From the IMG/VR virus record IMGVR_UViG_3300047313_000006, positions 1-44,935 of that record: a DNA stretch of 44,935 bases. One strand, 5' to 3'. Below the pieces are notes generated by a model. The model was not told the DNA's origin and did not search any database. It was given only the letters and a program-made list of their open reading frames with translations. Position numbers and translations under genes: made by a program. The stretch comes from a virus (Duplodnaviria; Caudoviricetes). Shown here piece by piece: positions 7,987-18,018 of the stretch. How positions within the stretch are numbered: position 1 is the stretch's first letter; each line of letters opens with the position of its first letter.

Positions 7987-8047
7987 TTGTCTTGGCTGTT
8001 ATCTTCGGATTCTGCTTTGGATACTGTGTTGGAATGTTTGCTGGGCA

Positions 8048-9358
8048 ATGGCACAAGAATTGACCGCAGCCCCAAGGATACGCATCGAGATCCACCCCAA
8101 GTTCCGGCCGCTCATTGACACCCCCCACACCTTCGCCAGCATATCGGGCGGCCGCGGCGGAATGAAGTCAGAGCAAGTCCACAAGATAGCCCTGCAAGAC
8201 GCCATATCGCGGCCCATGCGCGTCTGTTGTGCGCGCGAAACAATGGCCTCCATCCGGGATTCCAGCCACAAGCTTTTATCCGATGCGATATACAAATATG
8301 GCATGGGGTTCTCACAGAACGGACCCTACGAGATCCAGGACTCTCGTATTCTCCGGCGTGAGGGCGGCCAGATCATCAGCGAGTTCATCTTCATTGGCAT
8401 CCGCGAGAACGTGCGGGATCAGAAGTCCCTGAAAGGCGTCAACCGAACTATCGTGGAGGAAGCCGCCAAGCTCTCGGAAGATTCACTTGAAGTCTTTGTG
8501 CCAACGGTAGTACGCGAGGAAGGGTCGCAGCTCTGGTTCATCTGGAACCCGGAGTTCGTCGACGATCCGCTGTATAAGATGCTGACCTATCGGCCACCAT
8601 CGAACACAATCCACATCCGCACCAGCTATCTTGAGAATCCATGGCTCTCGACCACCATGCGGACGCTCGCGGAGGATTGCAAGCGCGACTTCCCGCAGAA
8701 GTACAAGCATATCTGGCTGGGGGAGCCCATTTCGTCGGTCGAGGGAGCGATTTACGCGGAGGAGATCCAGAAGGCGGAAGAAGAGAAGCGCATCACCATC
8801 GTGCCGTACGAACCGCGGAGCCCGGTAAATGTGTACTTTGATTTGGGGTTCGCGGATATGGTGTCCATGTGGTTCGCCCAGGCAATAGGCTTTCAATACC
8901 GCGTCATCGACTACCATCAGGACACACACAAGAAAATCGGCCACTACTTGCAAATCATGCAATCCAAGGGCTACATTTACGGGCAGTGCGTTCTTCCCTG
9001 GGACGGCGGCGCCGTGGAGCTGGGCAGCGGCAAATCAATTGAGGAGCTAATCCGGGCGGCCGGCTTCAAGGCTCGGGTGCTCCCACAGCAAAGCGTGGCG
9101 GATGGCATCAATGCCGTTCGCACGATGTTCGGCCAATGCTGGTTCGATGAGGCCAAATGCGAGCAGGGATTCAAGGGGCTGCGGCGCTACAGGTACGGCC
9201 CCCCGGGTGCCAATGGTGCATTGAAGCGGGAACCGCTGCACGACGAAGCCAGCCACCCCGCAGACGCGCTGAGGACTATGGCGATGTCGATTAAGGCACC
9301 GCAGATTAAGAAGCCGCAAGGCGAAACGCAGCGATTGCCAATAAGCGCATGGTCATGA
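8048..9358 (+). CDS. terL: Terminase large subunit (PBSX/P22-like)
   Basis: Walker A GGRGGMKS, CARE motif, Walker B IVEEA, WNP, nuclease motifs FDLG and HPADA. Start uncertain. Confidence 0.95.
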   Translation: MAQELTAAPRIRIEIHPKFRPLIDTPHTFASISGGRGGMKSEQVHKIALQDAISRPMRVCCARETMASIRDSSHKLLSDAIYKYGMGFSQNGPYEIQDSRILRREGGQIISEFIFIGIRENVRDQKSLKGVNRTIVEEAAKLSEDSLEVFVPTVVREEGSQLWFIWNPEFVDDPLYKMLTYRPPSNTIHIRTSYLENPWLSTTMRTLAEDCKRDFPQKYKHIWLGEPISSVEGAIYAEEIQKAEEEKRITIVPYEPRSPVNVYFDLGFADMVSMWFAQAIGFQYRVIDYHQDTHKKIGHYLQIMQSKGYIYGQCVLPWDGGAVELGSGKSIEELIRAAGFKARVLPQQSVADGINAVRTMFGQCWFDEAKCEQGFKGLRRYRYGPPGANGALKREPLHDEASHPADALRTMAMSIKAPQIKKPQGETQRLPISAWS

Positions 9359-9543
9359 TAACGCCAGAATTGTTCGAGGAACGCAGGGCAGGGAGAGAAC
9401 GCTTCTTCCTATTCCGTGACCCGCAGACCGGGATTGTTGCCGAATCCACGGTATCCGCGGAGGACGCCATTAATCAATTACGGCAGGCCTTGTACATGTC
9501 TGACATTCAGGCAGCTTACGAATGCCACTGGGGTGCCGATTGA
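9355..9543 (+). CDS. Hypothetical protein
   Basis: ATGA-coupled to the terL stop. Confidence 0.5.
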   Translation: MITPELFEERRAGRERFFLFRDPQTGIVAESTVSAEDAINQLRQALYMSDIQAAYECHWGAD

Positions 9544-9548
9544 AACAT

Positions 9549-9578
9549 TTGCCTTCCAACTTGCTATAGGTGTATACT
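9549..9578 (+). promoter_or_regulatory. Possible sigma70-type promoter upstream of the head genes
   Basis: TTGCCT, 18-nt spacer, TATACT in an AT-rich intergenic patch. Confidence 0.45.
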
Positions 9579-9759
9579 TCTACCCAAACGTGGACTCAGT
9601 GGAAGAGACCAACCACAGGCGGGGCATGGTGTCCGGGGAGAGCCCGGAACCGGCGACTCGACGGCTGCATGAAACACCCCGCCCATTAACCGATCTTCGC
9701 TATCTATTGCATAAGCCTACGCGAGATGCGATTCAATCCGAAGAGGAAACGCTCCCCTA

Positions 9760-9936
9760 ATGCTGGATCTCAAAAAGCACTGCCATGAATCGCAAGACGG
9801 CCGGCATTGGTCCTCGCCCGAGATGGCGGATTTCATGGACGGCAAGATCTCTGTGCAGCAGATGTGTATGATAGCGAAAGCGCGTTGGGAGCGGGAATCG
9901 CAGTTCTTTGTTCCGAAGGGGACGATGCCAGTATGA
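9760..9936 (+). CDS. Hypothetical protein, 58 aa (MLDLKKHCHESQDG...)
   Basis: Translated by hand; TAATG and ATGA overlaps with neighbours. Confidence 0.45.
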   Translation: MLDLKKHCHESQDGRHWSSPEMADFMDGKISVQQMCMIAKARWERESQFFVPKGTMPV

Positions 9937-10094
9937 ATCGCTTGTACTACCGGTGGCTCATGGGCTGGTGTCCCGCCGCGCTGAAGCACAAGGCACTCAT
10001 GGTTTGGTGGGCGATTCGCCCACAATGGGCAGCACGCATGGCGGAGGATAAGTGTATTCGAGAACTGCGGCAGCGTAAGGCTCTACGTCAATGA
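9933..10094 (+). CDS. Hypothetical protein (MNRLYYRW...)
   Basis: ATGA overlaps at both ends. Confidence 0.45.
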   Translation: MNRLYYRWLMGWCPAALKHKALMVWWAIRPQWAARMAEDKCIRELRQRKALRQ

Positions 10095-10182
10095 GCGCTT
10101 GGTTCGCCTTCGCTATCGGAGTAGTCTGCGGGGCGATTGCCATTATCGTTGTGATGGTCTGCGGGGGAGTCGGGGAGGATCA

Positions 10183-10383
10183 ATGAAGCTCAAGGCAGCA
10201 GCTCGCAAAAAGATCCCATCCAGCAAGTTCGGTTTGCCCGGGCAGCGCAAATACCCGATGCCAGACCGGGCTCACGCCGCGAATGCGAAAGCCAGGGCGA
10301 CCCAAATGGTGAAGCGTGGCAAGCTGAGCGGCTCGGAAGCTGCCGATATCAGAGCAAAGGCGAATCGGATGCTAGGGGAATAA
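10183..10383 (+). CDS. Small basic phage protein (DUF6582-like)
   Basis: FGLPGQRKYPMPDRAHAANAKARA motif; GGAGG RBS. Confidence 0.7.
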   Translation: MKLKAAARKKIPSSKFGLPGQRKYPMPDRAHAANAKARATQMVKRGKLSGSEAADIRAKANRMLGE

Positions 10384-10518
10384 TGAAACCAAAACACGGG
10401 CACAAACGTGGCTGGAGGCGCTGGGTAAAGCGCGCACCGCTCAGGGAGGAGTATCGTTTGGAATATGCCTGCCAGAAGGCTTACGGGTGGTATCGGGGCG
10501 GTTTTGGAGCGGATGACA

Positions 10519-10731
10519 GTGCCCTGGACTCGTAAGCAGGTCAAACTCATGCTATCTAGCGGTTCTCCGCTATCCGGCGCCCAGCAGGACAAGATGAAAG
10601 CCGAGCTCCACGCCGATCCCTCAATGGGGCACGCCAAGAAAAGCAGTTCCGCGCTACAACGTGTCAAAAAGACACAGTCCAGTCCCAAATATCCAGATGT
10701 GCATATGTACGGACGCCGCCGCCCCTCCTAA
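10519..10731 (+). CDS. Small basic hypothetical protein
   Basis: GTG start with GGAG upstream; ends directly before the portal gene. Confidence 0.55.
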   Translation: MPWTRKQVKLMLSSGSPLSGAQQDKMKAELHADPSMGHAKKSSSALQRVKKTQSSPKYPDVHMYGRRRPS

Positions 10732-12969
10732 GTGAAGAAATCCCCCTCCATCCCGTCCTGGGTAATCGCGCCGACGCCAGAAGAATGTAGAAAAAGATTC
10801 GATTATCTTGTTTTGCGCTGGAAAGACATCCGCAACGAAGCCGCTACAGATATGCGGTTTATGACCGGCGATCCGTGGCCACAGGGGGAGAAGGACGCGC
10901 GCTCCGCGATTAACCGCCTATGCCTGTCCTTCGATGAGCTCTCGCAATACATCAACCAGCTTGTAAACGGCGTGCGTCAGAACAAGCGTGCTCCGAAGGT
11001 CACGCCCGCGGGTAACGGGGCGAACGATCAAACCGCCGAGATGCGCGCCGGGATGATCAAGGCTATCGGCTATAAATCTAATGCCGACGCCGCAAGGATC
11101 ACGGCCTTTGAGAACGCAGCCATGCGCTCCTACGGGGTCTACAAAGTCAAGCGCCGCTACATCTCAGATTCCAGCGAACTGCAGGAATTGCGGCTTGAGC
11201 GGATGCCGAACCCGGATGTTTGGTATCCAGACCCAGATGGGACCGAAGCCGACTACTCAGACATTCGGGATGGCTTCGAGCTCGATCGCATGAGCAAGGC
11301 GGAATTCCGGCGCCGATTCCCCAAGGCCGAGATCCAGAGTTTCTCGACCGAACTCATGAACTCCGCGCCGAACTGGATCCGAGACGATGAGATCCAGGTT
11401 GCCTCCTACTGGAAGGCTCATGATCGCAGTCGGACGCGCTTACGGTTCGATGACGACGAAACGGCGTATCTTGATGAGGCCGGCGAAGGCGCCACCGTCA
11501 CCGCTGACAACTACCTCGAAGCCAAGGGCATGAAATCCCGCAAGGTGCGGAACTACCGCGAGATGGTAGACCGCTTCATTGTGGAGTACAAGTTCAACGG
11601 CATAGAACTGCTTGAGGAAGCGCCCTGGACGCTCAGCGTCACAAACCCGCAGACCGGGAAGAAGATCACTGGCGGGAAGTATATCCCCTACGTGATGATC
11701 ACCGGGAAGGAGCTCTTTGTTCCCAATCCGGCCGGCGACACTGAGCGGCAACTGCAATCCTTGATCCGCATGGCGCGGACGCCTTATATGGCGTACTGCT
11801 ACACCCGGACGGCGCAGCTCGAAGCGATCCAGCTAACATCGAAGTCGCCCTATTTCGTTTATGAAGGGCAAGTCGAGAATCACGAAGAGGAAATGAAGTC
11901 TCTGCATAAGCAGCCAGTCGCTTATCAGGAAGTGAAGCCAACAGTAGAAGGCGCACCGCCGGGCCAACTCCTGCCGTTTCCGCAGCGGCCAAGCTATGTT
12001 CCCGAAATCCAAATGCTGGAGATTTACGCCCAAGCCTCCCGCCAGGCCATCCAGGCCGCTATAGGGTTCAGTAATCCACAGGTACAGCGCAACCGAACCT
12101 CGCCTATTTCCGGCAAGGCCCTCCAGGAGTTCGAGAATCAGGGCGACATCAAAACTTTCCACTTCATCGACAATTACGACCGCGCGCTGGAGTTTGAAGG
12201 CCGCATTCTGAATGACTTGATCCCGGTGGTTTATGACACTGAGCGGCAAGTTTCCATCATCGGCAATGATGAAAAGAGCAAGGTAATCACGCTTAATGCC
12301 CAGCCGGGGACGAATCAGGAATATGGCCAGCAGCAACAAGGGCAACCGCCGCCCACGGTTGAGTATCCAACGGATGAGGGCGACCACGAACTGACTATCT
12401 CCGTGGGCCCGTCAATGGACAGCCAGCGGCAGGAAGGCAATGAGTACGCCAAGTCGATTGCTCAAACTCCACAAATCGCCGCAGCCGCGATTCAGCAGCC
12501 GGGTGGACCAGCGGCCAAGTTATTTGCAAACTCCACCAGACTGATGGACCTCGGGCCTATCGGTGACGAAATCGCTGATATCTTTGATCCTCCCCAGCAG
12601 CAGGGTCCAGATCCTCAGCAAATGCAGCAGGCATTGCAGCAGCAGGGGCAAGCGCTCCAGCAAGCCACCGCAATGGTTGGCCATCTCCAACAAGAATTGA
12701 AGGAAAAGACCGAAATAGCGAAAATGGAAATGGCGAACAAGCGGGCCATCAATGCCGATACAGTGGCCGGGAACATCTACATGACCAAGTTGAAGCTGGG
12801 GGCCGCGGCTATAGATGCGCGACTTGAGGCAGAAATTGGAGCCGTCGAGCATCGCGCCGATATGCTCATGGAATCCGAACTAGCCCCCGGACCAGATCAA
12901 GGGCAGCAGGGGATTCATCCCAGCGCGATACCGGAGCCGGCGCAAGCGGTCAACGGGGCTGCGCAGTGA
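10732..12969 (+). CDS. Portal protein, P22 gp1-like
   Basis: 745 aa; DMRFMTGDPW, INQLVNGVRQN, SGKAL and VYDTERQVSI motifs; Q-rich C-terminal coiled coil; synteny. Confidence 0.93.
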   Translation: MKKSPSIPSWVIAPTPEECRKRFDYLVLRWKDIRNEAATDMRFMTGDPWPQGEKDARSAINRLCLSFDELSQYINQLVNGVRQNKRAPKVTPAGNGANDQTAEMRAGMIKAIGYKSNADAARITAFENAAMRSYGVYKVKRRYISDSSELQELRLERMPNPDVWYPDPDGTEADYSDIRDGFELDRMSKAEFRRRFPKAEIQSFSTELMNSAPNWIRDDEIQVASYWKAHDRSRTRLRFDDDETAYLDEAGEGATVTADNYLEAKGMKSRKVRNYREMVDRFIVEYKFNGIELLEEAPWTLSVTNPQTGKKITGGKYIPYVMITGKELFVPNPAGDTERQLQSLIRMARTPYMAYCYTRTAQLEAIQLTSKSPYFVYEGQVENHEEEMKSLHKQPVAYQEVKPTVEGAPPGQLLPFPQRPSYVPEIQMLEIYAQASRQAIQAAIGFSNPQVQRNRTSPISGKALQEFENQGDIKTFHFIDNYDRALEFEGRILNDLIPVVYDTERQVSIIGNDEKSKVITLNAQPGTNQEYGQQQQGQPPPTVEYPTDEGDHELTISVGPSMDSQRQEGNEYAKSIAQTPQIAAAAIQQPGGPAAKLFANSTRLMDLGPIGDEIADIFDPPQQQGPDPQQMQQALQQQGQALQQATAMVGHLQQELKEKTEIAKMEMANKRAINADTVAGNIYMTKLKLGAAAIDARLEAEIGAVEHRADMLMESELAPGPDQGQQGIHPSAIPEPAQAVNGAAQ

Positions 12970-13137
12970 ATCTAAAGGCTATGGTTTATGCTAATTGCCA
13001 CGGGATGTGGGTGTGTTTTTGGTGGAAGCGTGATCGTGCGGATGTAGACGTTTTCTCTACTGCGATATCCGCACTATTGTTCGCAGATGGGGTTCGCCGC
13101 AGAAACTAGTTGCATTTTAAGCACCGAGGAGTATAGA

Positions 13138-14160
13138 ATGGCCCAAGACGCTAATACGGTCGTGGATTCGTCGCCCGCGGCAGAGGAAGTACAAGATTCC
13201 GGGATAGACCTGGCGGACTTGAGTGCGGAGCAGTATGACGCATTCATGCTTCACGGGACGATGCCCGAGGCGAAACCGGCTGAAACCGCCACCCAGCCAC
13301 CAAAAACCATTGAGACGCCCGAAGAATCGGGAAGGTCCAAAGGGAACCAGGAAGCAGGCAAGGGGAAAGGCGTTGAGGCTCGAATTGAGCAACTCGACAG
13401 CAAAATCCAGGAGCTTCAGGCTCGACTTGCCCGCAAAGCCGATCTAGAGCGGCAACTGGATTCGGATAGTGGCGCAAAGACGGCCCCGCCCCCCGTTACC
13501 GAAACCAAATCCGCTGAACTGAAAGCCCCGGTTAAACCTCGCGTCGAGGAATTCAAGACGTGGGACGAATATGAGGCCGCCAAAGACAAATACTCTGAGG
13601 ATTTAACGGATTACAGAGTATCTAAGGCAATTCAGGAAGATCGAGCACAACGGGCGGAAGAAGCTAAAAAGCAGCAGCAGGAATCCGAAGGCAAGCAGGC
13701 AGCGGAGAAGTGGAATAAGCAGGTTGAATCCGCCGCTAAAGAGCATTCGGACTGGAACGATGTCATTGCTCCGGTTAAGGATCTGGTGGGTAAAGACCCA
13801 AGATTCCAAGCTGGCGCGAGTTTCCTGCTCGAATCCGAGGCCGGTGCAGAGATTCTGTACCACTTGGGATCAAACCCGGATGAAGCCAGCCAGATTGCAG
13901 CGATGTCGCCTATAAAGCAAATCGCAGCTCTGGCGCGAATTGAACTCTCCCTTACGAAGCCTGCCCAAAGCGTGAAAACGCCCCCTGGACCCAAAAAGGT
14001 AACCGAGACGCCGCCACCACCTAGCGAGCTTGCTGGCAGAAACCAGTTGGCTCCGGACCCGTTGGCTGCTGCTCGTGAAGCCGACGATATCGAGGAAATC
14101 TTTCGCTTAGCGAATGCCAAAGATATCGCCGACATAGCCGCAGGGAAGCGCCGACGCTAA
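13138..14160 (+). CDS. Capsid scaffolding protein
   Basis: Charged coiled coil with KPRVEEFKTWDEYEAA and GAEILYHLGSNPDEA; between portal and coat; GAGGAG RBS. Confidence 0.85.
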   Translation: MAQDANTVVDSSPAAEEVQDSGIDLADLSAEQYDAFMLHGTMPEAKPAETATQPPKTIETPEESGRSKGNQEAGKGKGVEARIEQLDSKIQELQARLARKADLERQLDSDSGAKTAPPPVTETKSAELKAPVKPRVEEFKTWDEYEAAKDKYSEDLTDYRVSKAIQEDRAQRAEEAKKQQQESEGKQAAEKWNKQVESAAKEHSDWNDVIAPVKDLVGKDPRFQAGASFLLESEAGAEILYHLGSNPDEASQIAAMSPIKQIAALARIELSLTKPAQSVKTPPGPKKVTETPPPPSELAGRNQLAPDPLAAAREADDIEEIFRLANAKDIADIAAGKRRR

Positions 14161-14194
14161 TTTAGCCCGGATTCCCTTGCAAAAGGGAATTTGA

Positions 14195-15442
14195 GTGGCT
14201 AATACATTTCAATTTGTAAACTGGATCGGGCAGGAAGCGCTCCGCATCCTCGTCAACCGTCTGGCAATCGCCGATGGTTTCAACACTTCCTACAACAAAG
14301 AGTATAAGAAGGACTTCGCGGTCGGGGAGACGGTTCGCATCCCTTATCCGGTGCGTGGTCTGATCCGCGACGGGTTCACCTACCAGCCCCAGCCGGTCGA
14401 CGTGCGCCAGACCACCATCACGGTGGACCAGCCCTTCGGTATGGATTTCGAATACGACTCAATTGAGCAAGCTTTGAAGATGGGCAAGGGCGAAGAGTGG
14501 ATTCGGGAGACCATTCTCGATCCCTACATGAGCCAGATTGCTCAGGAGATGGATTCTCGCGCCTCATTGTTCGCGTATCGGCATTCGAACAATATCGTCG
14601 GCTCTCTCAAGACCACGCCAACGGATACCAGTTTGGCCGGCTCCGCCCGCCAGCGCATGATTGAGAACGCCTGCCCGCCGGCGGAATACAAAATGGTGAT
14701 GACGCCCGCGGCAATGACCTCCGTCGTCAACGGGACGCTGACCCAATTCAACCCGCAGGACGCGATTTCCAAAGCGTTCAAAGAAGGGTACTACGGCTCA
14801 GCCCGCGGCTTCACCTGGTTTGAGTCGATGTCGCTCTATACGCACACCGCAGGCAATTGGCAGACGCCGGCCAGCGTCACGGTGAACACCTCCGGGCAGT
14901 CTGGCACCACCCTGCTGGTGAACTGCACCTCGGGCGACACCTTCAACGATGGCGATGTGTTCAATATCGCCGCCGTCAATAACGTGAACCCATCAACTCG
15001 CCGCTCGACCGGCACTCTGCGCCAATTCCGTATCGTTGGCGATCAGGTAGCAAGCGCCTCGACCATCACGCTGAATATCTCCGGTGGAGACGGTCAAGGA
15101 ATTGTCGGCCCTGGCGACCAGTATCAGAATGTTGACGCCTTGCCGCTGAACACGGCGCTCTTGACCTTGTTCCCCGGAACAGTGACCCCGAGCGCGTCGA
15201 CCGGGACTCAGGGACTCGCCTTCAGCCGAGACGCCTTCGCAATGGTTGGGGTCAATCTCATGATGCCGAAAGCGGTTGAAATGTCGGTCATGAAACGCGA
15301 TCCCAAGACCGGAATCGCAATCAGCTTGATCCGGGCATTTGATCCGACGCAGCGCCGCATGGTAAACCGCTTCGATACCCTTATCGGGTTCGGAGAGCTT
15401 TACTCGAATGCCTGCTCGGTGCGGGTCTTGAGTAGCACATAA
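14195..15442 (+). CDS. Major capsid protein, P22 coat gp5 family
   Basis: MANTF start, VGETVRIPYP, LAFSRDAFAMV and RFDTLIGFGEL motifs; synteny. Confidence 0.93.
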   Translation: MANTFQFVNWIGQEALRILVNRLAIADGFNTSYNKEYKKDFAVGETVRIPYPVRGLIRDGFTYQPQPVDVRQTTITVDQPFGMDFEYDSIEQALKMGKGEEWIRETILDPYMSQIAQEMDSRASLFAYRHSNNIVGSLKTTPTDTSLAGSARQRMIENACPPAEYKMVMTPAAMTSVVNGTLTQFNPQDAISKAFKEGYYGSARGFTWFESMSLYTHTAGNWQTPASVTVNTSGQSGTTLLVNCTSGDTFNDGDVFNIAAVNNVNPSTRRSTGTLRQFRIVGDQVASASTITLNISGGDGQGIVGPGDQYQNVDALPLNTALLTLFPGTVTPSASTGTQGLAFSRDAFAMVGVNLMMPKAVEMSVMKRDPKTGIAISLIRAFDPTQRRMVNRFDTLIGFGELYSNACSVRVLSST

Positions 15443-15463
15443 CCGGGAGATGACAAGGAGATT

Positions 15464-16192
15464 ATGACAATGAAAACCAAACTGATTCTCGCAATCACGC
15501 TCCTGGCGGTTTCGGCCTTCGGGCAGACAGCCCTCACCTCGACTACGGTTACTAACGCCATCACGGTAAACCAAAACACATTCGCGGTGGCTTCAACCAC
15601 CGGAATGACCGCAGCCAATCCGGTTTCCAAGCTCTACATCATTGACAAGGGCGGGCAGGGCCGCGGCGAACTCGTAACGGTTACTGCGGTCAATAGCGCG
15701 ACTAGCGTTACTGTCTCGCGCGGCTCGCAGTTCCGGGCGCCCCATACGGCTCTTTCGGTAGCGGTGCTGATTAACGCGGCGCAGGCCATCCAGAGCTTTG
15801 ATCCGGTTGGGTCCTGTGTCGCCGCTAACACACTTTACACCCCCTGGATTAACCAGAACAACGGCAATCAGTGGCTTTGCAGCACCAAGACTCTGGCGTG
15901 GGTTCCGGGCTTCAATAACTTCAATGAGCCCAAACAACCAACCGCGGATGTCGCATCCGTCGCTGGGCTGACGGTCGTCACCAGTCCTCTTTTCCATGTG
16001 ACTGGCTCAAATGCCATTACCGGCTGGACCCTCCCCGCTACGTTTGTCGGCGGGACATTCTGTACCATCCCGGACGCAGCTTATACGACCACCAATGCCA
16101 CCAACATTGCTATCGCCAGCACTGCGGTGATTGGCAAACTGCTCTGCTTTACGTGGTCGTCGGCTGACACCAAGTGGTATCCGACTTACTAA
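15464..16192 (+). CDS. Beta-rich putative capsid decoration protein with a Sec signal peptide
   Basis: MKTKLILAITLLAVSAFG-Q; Thr-rich; directly after the coat gene. Confidence 0.6.
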   Translation: MTMKTKLILAITLLAVSAFGQTALTSTTVTNAITVNQNTFAVASTTGMTAANPVSKLYIIDKGGQGRGELVTVTAVNSATSVTVSRGSQFRAPHTALSVAVLINAAQAIQSFDPVGSCVAANTLYTPWINQNNGNQWLCSTKTLAWVPGFNNFNEPKQPTADVASVAGLTVVTSPLFHVTGSNAITGWTLPATFVGGTFCTIPDAAYTTTNATNIAIASTAVIGKLLCFTWSSADTKWYPTY

Positions 16193-16193
16193 C

Positions 16194-16442
16194 ATGGAAA
16201 CTGAAGCCTATACAGCATGCGTGATGTATTCCCCGGAAGGGGCTACTCGACGCGTCGAAACGTTCCAGCTTGAAAGTGCCCTTATGCAGCAGGGGTGGGC
16301 CTCAACTCCCTTCCCGCCCCTGCCTGAGCCGGCAAAACCGCAAACGATTGAGCAGAGACTTGCCGCAATCGAGGACTTGTTATCCCAGCACGACGCCATA
16401 TTGATGCAACGCCGTGGCGGCAGACCGAAGAAAGAAGAATAG
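16194..16442 (+). CDS. Hypothetical protein
   Basis: Ends RRGGRPKKEE, as seen in small genes following coat genes. Confidence 0.65.
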   Translation: METEAYTACVMYSPEGATRRVETFQLESALMQQGWASTPFPPLPEPAKPQTIEQRLAAIEDLLSQHDAILMQRRGGRPKKEE

Positions 16443-16450
16443 GAGAAAAA

Positions 16451-16909
16451 ATGTCAACACTTCCAGTAAAGCCCGCTCCGGCCACCGCACCCGCGGCGCC
16501 TCCGACGACCGCCGAAATAGCTGCGGCATCCGTCCGTTGGCCTATCGTCGTTTCGAAAGATCAGTTCAATTTCGACCATCCGGCCGTAGTGACCCGCATC
16601 GGTCCGGACGATTCGGTAGACATGATCGTTTTCAACCAGAACGGCACCTGCATTGGCCGGTTCAAGGTTACGAACGGTTTTGAACCCGGCCAATGGCATA
16701 CCTACGAGCAGACGAGTCCGGCTTTTACGCAAAAGCAGCTTTCCAATGCGGTTGCCGGGGTCAGTTTGGCTCAGGATGCCGTCGACGAGGCTCAGGCTGT
16801 AGTGGATAGCCAGCAAAATCCGACGACCGCAGCCAAGGCCAAATTGCAGGCCGCTCAAGACCGACTCACGGAAGCCAAGAGACTCCTTGGAACACTGAAG
16901 GTGGCGTAA
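16451..16909 (+). CDS. Hypothetical protein with C-terminal coiled coil
   Basis: AGGAG RBS; clean ORF. Confidence 0.7.
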   Translation: MSTLPVKPAPATAPAAPPTTAEIAAASVRWPIVVSKDQFNFDHPAVVTRIGPDDSVDMIVFNQNGTCIGRFKVTNGFEPGQWHTYEQTSPAFTQKQLSNAVAGVSLAQDAVDEAQAVVDSQQNPTTAAKAKLQAAQDRLTEAKRLLGTLKVA

Positions 16910-16910
16910 A

Positions 16911-17657
16911 ATGGCCGGCATGACGACCATCACCGGTGGGGGCTCGTTTTCCTACCAGAATATCCGAGACATCAACGCCAATTTCGACAACTGCATCCAG
17001 TTGAGCCCGAGCGGGACGCAGACCGCCACGCTTGCCTCTCCAGATTTCTGGCGCTGGAACGGGATGACGAAGTTCATCAACCGGCCGACGACGGATGCTT
17101 TCATCGTCCAGATGAAGTCGGAATTTACCGGGACCGCTACGGCTCATAACGGCCTGGATCTTACGGTTGACTGGAAAGGCAACGGAACCACCTCCGGTGG
17201 AGTTCGCGGCGTTCAAGGCGTCGCGCGGATTGCCGCAACCTTCACAATGGGGGCAGCTTCGCTCATTGGCGTTTATGGCCAAATCGCCAACAACGGCACA
17301 ATAAACAGCGGCAGCGGGCTCGGGGCTGCGCTCTATGGCCTGATTGAAGATGGCGGGGTATGGACGGCGGTGGACCATTTCGCCCCGCTGTGGCTCGATT
17401 CTCATCTGACTAAAACCGTATCGGCCGGCAAGATGAGCATGGCCTATATAACGAACAACGGCACCACCGTATTCAGCGAGGTTTTCTACATTTTCGGCGG
17501 TGCTGGCGGGAGTGGGATCACGGCACTTTTCAGCTTCGATACTGCTTCGGCAATGGTCCCGGCAACCCCCGGCACCTATTCAACCGCAGACGGCTACATC
17601 GTCATTAATGTGGGTGGCAGTCCTTTCCGTATCCCTTACTTTGCTGGAGTTGACTAA
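16911..17657 (+). CDS. Putative virion structural protein (Gly/Thr-rich beta protein)
   Basis: Composition and C-terminal GYIVINVGGSPFRIPYF resemble spike or fibre tips. Confidence 0.6.
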   Translation: MAGMTTITGGGSFSYQNIRDINANFDNCIQLSPSGTQTATLASPDFWRWNGMTKFINRPTTDAFIVQMKSEFTGTATAHNGLDLTVDWKGNGTTSGGVRGVQGVARIAATFTMGAASLIGVYGQIANNGTINSGSGLGAALYGLIEDGGVWTAVDHFAPLWLDSHLTKTVSAGKMSMAYITNNGTTVFSEVFYIFGGAGGSGITALFSFDTASAMVPATPGTYSTADGYIVINVGGSPFRIPYFAGVD

Positions 17658-18014
17658 ATGGGGGCTCCGAAGATCAAGGCCATGCCCGACCTTGGCCATC
17701 GCTACGACTTGGGGATTGCCGAGCGCCTGCAGTTGCTCTCGGTCCTTCCTCAGGAAGGCAATATCGTAAACCTGCGGATCGTAGGCGATTTGCGCCGGGA
17801 GTTGTCGTTCTCCGAACAGGAATCGGCGGCATTCAAGATCGAGCAAGCCGGGGAGCAGATCCGCTGGGACGATAAAGCCGAAACCACTAAAGCAGTTCAT
17901 ATCGGACCCGCTGCCATGCGTTTGATAGCCGATACCCTGGAGAAGCTAAACACCGCCAATAAACTGACCATCGGCCAGGCGCCGCTTTATGAACGGTTCG
18001 TAGAAGGGAAGTAA
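17658..18014 (+). CDS. Hypothetical protein (possible assembly chaperone)
   Basis: Clean helical ORF directly after a fibre-like gene; function inferred from position only. Confidence 0.6.
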   Translation: MGAPKIKAMPDLGHRYDLGIAERLQLLSVLPQEGNIVNLRIVGDLRRELSFSEQESAAFKIEQAGEQIRWDDKAETTKAVHIGPAAMRLIADTLEKLNTANKLTIGQAPLYERFVEGK

Positions 18015-18018
18015 AAAC

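Noticed and set aside
7958-8047. N-terminal extension of TerL from the ORF track
   Set aside because: The Cys/Trp-rich extension is atypical; a hydrophobic mini-ORF in another frame and a start at or after 8048 fit better.
13111-13139. TTGCAT-17-TAGAAT promoter before the scaffold gene
   Set aside because: The -10 box overlaps the ATG, so the transcript would miss the start codon; the gene has a normal RBS.
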